DNA of 64,000 bases, from assembly GCA_039096225.1 (NCBI GenBank), contig JBBPEB010000024.1, forward strand, positions 310,001-374,000, written 5' to 3'. A program made the translations under genes and the position numbers. Below the pieces are notes generated by a model. The model searched no databases. It had not been told where the DNA came from and saw only the letters and a list, made by a program, of their open reading frames with translations. The stretch comes from Blastocystis sp. Blastoise. Taxonomy: Eukaryota > Protista > Bigyra: Opalinata. How positions within the stretch are numbered: position 1 is the first letter of the stretch; each line of letters begins with the position of its first letter. Shown here in pieces: positions 56,861 to 64,000 of this stretch.

Positions 56861-59599
56861 ATAATCTGAAAAAGAATTTCTTCTCCACAAGTTGCTTCCT
56901 CTTTTACTAAAGATTAAAGTGGTTTCCCTTTAAAACGGAAGCTTTAGTCAACTTGTATTTAAACCATTATCATTGAATATATCTATTCGATTATAAAATG
57001 TTTTATGTGTATACTCTTTACTGATAGGCATAATAAAAATACACTATTAATTCTGAATGATTAATACAATTCGTAATTCTCATATATTTTAATAAACCAT
57101 TCTTGTATTTTATCTTAATTCATAGAGCTATATTTAAATAGTTTGCAATTATTATTGTATGAAAATGATTTCTTTTATACTGTAAATATAGTAAAATAAC
57201 CGTTTTAAACAATTAAATCACGTTTTTACTGATATTTCATTATCAATACATAAAAAATATGCTTAATAGCAAATAGAATGAACAAACATAATCAATATTT
57301 CTTAGATAAATATCTTTCAATCATTAACTAAGCATTCAGATCGATTAACATAGCATATATATTAATAAAAAGAAATATACTAAATCAAAAATAAAAAACA
57401 TGTATTTGAAATGTGTAATATTTGTTACGAAGTCACACTAAAAGCAGATTTTAATAATCATTTTATGTTATCCGAAACAAAATAAGTATAAAACTGTTTT
57501 TTTTCTAATTTTAATGGAAAAACTAAACCTTCTAAAACATTATATATATAAATAAAGTAAATTTTCAGTTTATTTATTAATTAGCTAGTTTTATTTTATT
57601 CATAATAATCAAACTATATCAATGATATATTCCTTTTAAAGCAGTCTTTGTTTGCTTCGTTATGCGTATTAATATATTAAAAAACTATACTTTGATTGTG
57701 AGTGAATGAAATAAGAAAAATACTAGACTGTTAATACTTAGAATATATCGCCATACTATATATACAAAGTCTTCTTATTCTATTAATATTGACATAGAAG
57801 TGATGATTACTTCATTTTTATTCAAGTATGCAAATAGTAGTCTTAGAGTATCACCTCAAACATGTATAGACTAAGCCATACGTCTTGGTATAATTATATA
57901 TTTTTTAATAAAATGAATTATTGTTTCATTTTGCTTTTTAAAAGATTAGTAGCTGAATTTTAAAGTTTAGAATATAAACAATATTATCAATTAACTCGTC
58001 AATGAATTATAAGAAAATATAAAGTATGTAGTGATTTGAAATTCAGTAACACAAACTAAAATAGCTACATTGTATTAATAAGAACTCAATATGTTATGGA
58101 AACCAAAAAGGAAAGTAGCATATAAATATTTTAGAATTTATAATCTGATGTATTTTAATAATTTCAAATAGTTCACCCTATTATCATCGTAAACTATATT
58201 GTATCATAATAAATAATCAGACTTCATATTTGAAATAAGTTATGTAATTAAATACACGTAAATGAATGTGTATTACGCACTAACTGCTGAAAAAGAAATA
58301 GTTATAATTGTATCTAATAGAATAGGTATAAACGCATCTATATAAATGTTAATAATTAATATAGCAACTAGATAGATCAATATTTAAATAAAATAATCAT
58401 AAGTGAACTATATATATTATATAATATGCTTATGAAAGAGTTAGATCTATTTATAAGATTTATATGAAGAAATTACTAAATAATATGGAAGATGTTTATT
58501 AATAAAAAATTATATAAAGAAAAATATATGGATAATTACATACAAAAAATTAAAAGTTATGTTGAATGAATAAATGAATCTAAGAACCAGTGTTGAAATG
58601 CAACTGATATAATTATTTGAAGTAGTAATAAGAAGCAAATAAGGTTAAATACACAGTATTTCTATTAAAAACATGATGAATATGATGAAGAAGAGATGAA
58701 ATAAATTACATAGAAAGCTTGAAAATAAGATATAGAAACCATACTTTAAAAAGTAATGCACTAAATGGTATTGAGAGCCTATATGAAAGTAATTGAATTA
58801 GTATATTAAAGCAGAATAAACAAAAATACAATAAAGGTATTAAATAAAATTAGAATCTAAGAAAAAATACAATTATCATTCAAATAAAAAGTAATTGAAT
58901 TAGAAGCATAATGATTAAAAGTAATATGGTATCAACTAGTTATATAATATATACTACAAACACCATACACCTAAGAACCATGAAATAATCTTTAAACGGA
59001 CAAAATATAGAAGATTATATCAATAAAAAAACATGGATAGTAGATAAGGGAGGAATTAATTGAATAAATAATAAAGAAAAATAGAAAAGGAAATATTAAA
59101 AAAGGAAAATCACAATATTTCAAACAAGAACAAATTGAATAATTTAAAAACAAAAATAGAAATATAATTTTAGAATAAGAAAAAATGATAAATATATTTA
59201 TACCGATAAAGGACAAAAAATAAAAATAATAAATGAACATAAGAAAACTATTTAGTATATAGGTTATCTAATTATAGTATGAATAATACTCAAACGACGG
59301 AAGAAATACTAATTAAGAATAGTACTTGCTGACAATGAAGAATATTTTACATAAAAGAAGAAAGAGTAACTACAATTAACCGAAAAGGTATTTATATAAC
59401 TAGCATAATTAAGGAGTAGAAATTCATTAAAAAGAAGGTCTTTCTAAAGATATAATTAGCATAGAAAAAAAGCGAGAAGAAATAAAAAGGAATTACATAT
59501 ATTTACTATGGTGATCAAATATTAATAATAGAATAAGAATAATAATCAATATAATAATAAGTCTAAAATATAATTATAATAAGAAGTATAATAAGGATC

Positions 59600-62500
59600 A
59601 TAATAAGAATATATACCTCTAGGAGTAGTTATATAGATATTCATTAACAATGTTGGCTATTTCCAATATACTCCTTCTTTGTGATTGTCGATTAATATAT
59701 CATAACACTTCCATAGTCTGGTATTCGCGAGAATTATCTGCTCATGAGGGTGATAATAACTATAACCATAAAAATATTATATTAAAAAATTATCATGTAA
59801 TAAATAATTAATATATAAATATATAAATACATATATATATATATATATATATATAACCATCTCTTTTTTTGGCGGTGAAACACAAATATTGGCGGTTACA
59901 CATCCTTTCTGTTAATATAATCTAAATAGGTTAAATAATATTTCATTATAAACTGTTGATCGACACTATGAAGGTTGAAAATAGCTTAGATTATATATAA
60001 AGTAATATATATAGTAATTTATTTTCTTTAATTAATATATATATATATAGATTATTAGATATAGAAATATATATAAGATCATATATATATACCTATTAAG
60101 ATTAGACTGATAGACTTTTGATTTATTAAATTGAGAAGATGTGTAATTGCTTTCATACGCAATTAAAACAAAGAAAAGAACACATATATACAATCCATAT
60201 ATTGAAATAAACAAATACATTTTGGTTCATATTTAATGTGGGAAATTCAGCATTTTGAAATAGTTATAAAGATTGGATTGTTCTTCTAGTAGTTCTTCCT
60301 TATTTAATACTAATTGTAATCTAAGAGATAATAATTAGGAGGATCCTCAATTTCATGTTATACCTCTCACTATATCTTACCGTAGGTATTAATACAATTC
60401 CAAATTCGATAGTCTATATACTGAGATAATGCTGTAATAAAAGTTCAATATATATATACTAAATATAATATATATAATTATATATATATAAATAAAAAAC
60501 ATAATAACATATGATAATAATAATATATTCATATATACAGGATCAGCAAATGTTGATATATAATAAGAAAAAAACATGGATTTAAAAACTAGAAAAAAGA
60601 ATTTAGCAACAAAAGAATTCAGGACATATTGCTGATGAGAAGACAAAAAGAAAGAAAGGTAAAGCTTAAGGAAGCAAACTTCAGAGTCGAGTAGAACCAT
60701 AAACATACAATAATACGATAAACCATACCATCTGCTAATATTACAAAAATACTGTATCAAAAATCGAACTTAAAAAATGAAGATATATGGAGAAACATTA
60801 ATTCAATAATAAAAAATAATATAAATACCTAATAAAATCAATATATAAAAAAATATAAATAATTACTAGCAAATAATATAATTGATCTAAAGGAAATTAG
60901 AATTAAATACACTAATAATGATATAATAAAAATTGAGAATTAAATAAAAAGAAGAATAAAACCAAATAACAAAAATTGCGACGATAAAAATATAATACTA
61001 CGTAAATTTGAAAAAAAGAAAATTACCTATATATAAAAAGAGACAGAATAAATAATGATAATTTTTAATATATAAAAAACGAAATTGAATATATAATAGT
61101 AAATGTGTATACAAAAAAATGAAATGAAATAAATAGATAATAAATGTATTGATAAAAAATGAAATAAAATAAATAGATAATAAATGTATTGATAAAAATG
61201 AAATAAAATAAATAGATAATAAATGTATTGATAAAAATGAAATAAAATAAATAGATAATAAATGTGTATACAAAAAATGAAATAAAATAAATAGATAATA
61301 AATGTGTATACAAAAAATGAAATAAAATAAATAGATAATAAATGTATTGATAAAAAATGAAATAAATAGATAATAAATGTGTATACAAAAAATGAAATAA
61401 ATAGATAATAAATGTATTGATAAAAATGAAATAAAAACACGAAATATGTTAGATAAAAGAAAATGAAAACACAATAAGAAATAAATTAAAAGAATTTAGC
61501 AAACATGCTTATTCTAAAAGTATATATAAATACAATAATCAGAACATGGTTATGTGTTACCTATATAAACAGTGTGTGCTATAAAATATATATATATATA
61601 TATAGGAAAACGTGACATAATATAAGAATTAAAAAACATATTATAATTATATATACTAATACAAAATAACATAATAAAAAAATATATACAATTCAAGACG
61701 ATAAGTATTATGTAGAAAAATAATATCGTGTAATCAAGATACTCTCAAAGTTGAAATGAAAGAAAGCAGAGTATAATATAAATATAGAAGTATAATTCAT
61801 AAATTTGAAATAAAGTAAAGCCGAGACATAATAAAGAAGTAAATCAAATGCGTATCTAAAAGAATTGATAAAGAAAAGTTATATTTATGTTAATTCCAAG
61901 AAATGTATTAAAAAAAAATAGAAATAACAGCAACTACATATTAAGAAAGGTACAAATCGTTTATTCAAGAAGAAAAAAGTTAAAAGAAATATTAAGACCA
62001 ACAAGAATCAATAAATTAAAAAAGAAGATGATTATATACACGTAAAACAAAATTCTGTAAGTAGGATAACGTATAATACAATGAAGAAGCCTTAAAATAA
62101 GAGAAAAATAGTAGCTCAGTCAATATGTGGAAATGAGAATGGTGACGAAAATAAATAGATCGCGTTGAGATAGATCCTAAACAAGTATTAGAGAAAGACA
62201 AATCACTGTAAAACGACAATACGTAAGAATAATTGCACAAAGAGAACAAGAAACCATTTCTTTATATAAAAAGTCTAAGAAATTTTTTGTTATTTTGTTT
62301 TTGAATAAATACTTAAAGGCTGATATTCGTTGGTTATGACGCAATTTGTATTCAACCCATACATATTGAAGCAGGAAATGATAAAAATTATGAAAAATAT
62401 TTGATCTACTGATTGAATTTTGAAATAATGAAGATTATGAAGTCTAATTTAGAACCAAATGAAGAGAGTAACTGTATATAATGAGTAGAATAGTTGAGAT

Positions 62501-62780
62501 TCACATCAATAATTCTTCTATAATCCTTACAAGGAATCTTTAAAGAATGATAATACTCTGTTTCAAAACTTGTGAAACTTGTTTGACTGATTATTCCAGT
62601 TATCAAGGCAACTTATTTAGCTCTTTCAAATAACGAAGTTTGATGATGGCAAAAATCTCCTTTATTAAAATATATCTTCTGATTTAAAATGGTATCTCAA
62701 GCTTGTCTCAATGTATTCTATTTATAATGTTAGCCATAATTATTCAATTCATTAAAATATTAGCGAATTTAGTCATATAT
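59600..62780 (-). pseudogene. Degenerate gene fragments with residual splice signals
   Basis: Short complex blocks with minus-strand intron boundaries and broken frames (e.g. KGDFCHHQTSLFERAK*VALITGIISQTSF near 62600); no family recognised. Confidence 0.3.
61100..61437. repeat. Minisatellite, ~35-40 bp unit, about 8 copies, two interspersed variants
   Basis: AAATGAAATA(AAATA)AATAGATAATAAATG followed by TATTGATA or TGTATACA. Confidence 0.9.
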
Positions 62781-63463
62781 ATATATATAATCAATACAAC
62801 AAAATAACGTGTTCTAATACGAAAATTATTCAATCTTAAATAGTCTATATAGACAAAAAATAGAGAACACATTATAATAAAATAAATTATTTGATAAATA
62901 AATTACTAACAAATAAATAACTATTAAATTAATATTAACACATAATATATATAAATAAAAAGAATTGATATTAATATATTTTTGTATATACATAAAACAA
63001 ATTAGCATAGATTATGTAAATTCTGATAGTAGAAACGATACTCTTATTTAGTCCATAAATGGTTTTAGACATCAAATTAATAAGAAAGTAGACATAATAT
63101 AAATATTAAAATAGAAGCCACTGTACATTATAAAATAATATAACCAATAATTAAGAATAACGTGTGACTAGTTATCCTATATATGATATATATTAATATG
63201 TATATAAATAAAATATGTCTTTATAAAAGAATTATATATATACAAAATACGATATTCATACCATAAAAATATAGAATAGAATATGTTTAAATGATAATTA
63301 TATACAAGTGAAACAAATCCACTAAATGTCACTAATGTTCTACATATAAAAGCATCAGCATCATCATTTTCATATATTACAATGAATTATTACATATTAA
63401 ATAGAACTCTATAATTAGATACAAAATTATCGACAAATAAGTAAAAATAAATACAAACAGATA

Positions 63464-64000
63464 TTAAGATATAATATATACATATATTCCATCATCAACA
63501 ACTATCAGGTTCGACTGAATAATCCATTCTATTGGAATGACATAATCTAAAGTAAACTCATTCGGATTGAAAATAATTCCATATAAATTGTTAGTATCAA
63601 ATTTAAAACTCTTGAATTTTTTACCAATAATAAATAGTCTCGATTTGATCTTAATTATTTCTTGGACCTGTAAACAGAATACATTCTTAATAGACTTAAC
63701 TCCATTTTTATAATAGCAGATAAAACTTGAATCAATACACTTGACATTTGGCTTAAACGAAGGCTCAATGAATATATTTTTATTTTCTACATATTGTAAC
63801 ATAGTACAAATATTACTTCTATTTATTAATGATACTTTCTCATCAGTATGTACATCAAATTCAGCATTACAGAAAGGAAAAATAAATTGATTTCTTTCTA
63901 TACAAAATTGATATATCACTTTAATATCTTCATCACTTATTATAAGACTTTTATGACGATCATATTTCCATTCATTATCATCAGACATAACATCGTATTC
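63464..64000 (-). CDS. 3' end of a gene entering from the right edge; possibly the C-terminus of an EnSpm/CACTA-type transposase
   Basis: The frame is open to the window edge (EYDV precedes the listed Met). KCIDSSFICY..CLQVQEIIKI..LFIIGKKF..VIPIEWI resembles the beta-rich tail of EnSpm-like transposases (recognition only; no catalytic motif in the window). Confidence 0.45.
   Translation of the reverse strand, partial: EYDVMSDDNEWKYDRHKSLIISDEDIKVIYQFCIERNQFIFPFCNAEFDVHTDEKVSLINRSNICTMLQYVENKNIFIEPSFKPNVKCIDSSFICYYKNGVKSIKNVFCLQVQEIIKIKSRLFIIGKKFKSFKFDTNNLYGIIFNPNEFTLDYVIPIEWIIQSNLIVVDDGIYVYIIS

Larger units (their letters stand above)
52896..64000. mobile_element. CACTA-like element copy 2: left end seen, right end presumably beyond the window
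   Basis: CACTATGGACATTTTTTCAGG... 52896-~53270 is nearly identical to 43998-~44380. I found no matching right TIR downstream, so the extent is inferred. Confidence 0.6.

Noticed and set aside
57000-59500. Possible decayed coding sequence (also 27300-27800 and 30300-30900)
   Set aside because: No sustained frame or recognisable motif; cannot be supported without a translated search.
61100-61437. Regular repeat array as a CRISPR
   Set aside because: No unique spacers, only two recurring variants; eukaryotic context and no cas genes.

Overview
A very AT-rich, intron-dense eukaryotic nuclear window. It is probably from a protist; a Blastocystis-like stramenopile is my guess from the gene families and the presence of some 30-50 nt introns, and is not proven. 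Most long ORFs in the supplied track are artefacts of (TA)n/(TTA)n intron microsatellites, so genes were rebuilt by hand from GT..AG junctions. The left half (1-31 kb) is ordinary gene space: an SDR, an organelle-targeted bacterial-type MutS1 head-to-head with cytosolic IleRS, an RFWD3-like RING-WD40 E3, an intronless 145-aa helical orphan, a WD40 protein, a BTB-LRR-like gene and a BTB-TLDc gene. The right half (34.8-64 kb) is a nest of DNA transposons, and this is the main finding. (1) An 8.4-kb hAT-like element (8-bp TSD ATAAAAGG) splits a BTB-LRR paralogue and carries, instead of a transposase, an intron-rich filamin/Ig-repeat gene plus two tRNA-like Pol III cassettes. (2) Two tandem CACTA-like elements share termini but have unrelated spliced cargo; one holds a perfect 68-nt four-way-junction tRNA-like cloverleaf. 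(3) An apparently intact, spliced piggyBac-like element is nested in the second CACTA copy, with an ATAA target, no C-terminal Cys-rich domain and a SAP/Rho-N-like insert. Many introns are bracketed by self-complementary (TA)n tracts in place of a polypyrimidine tract.
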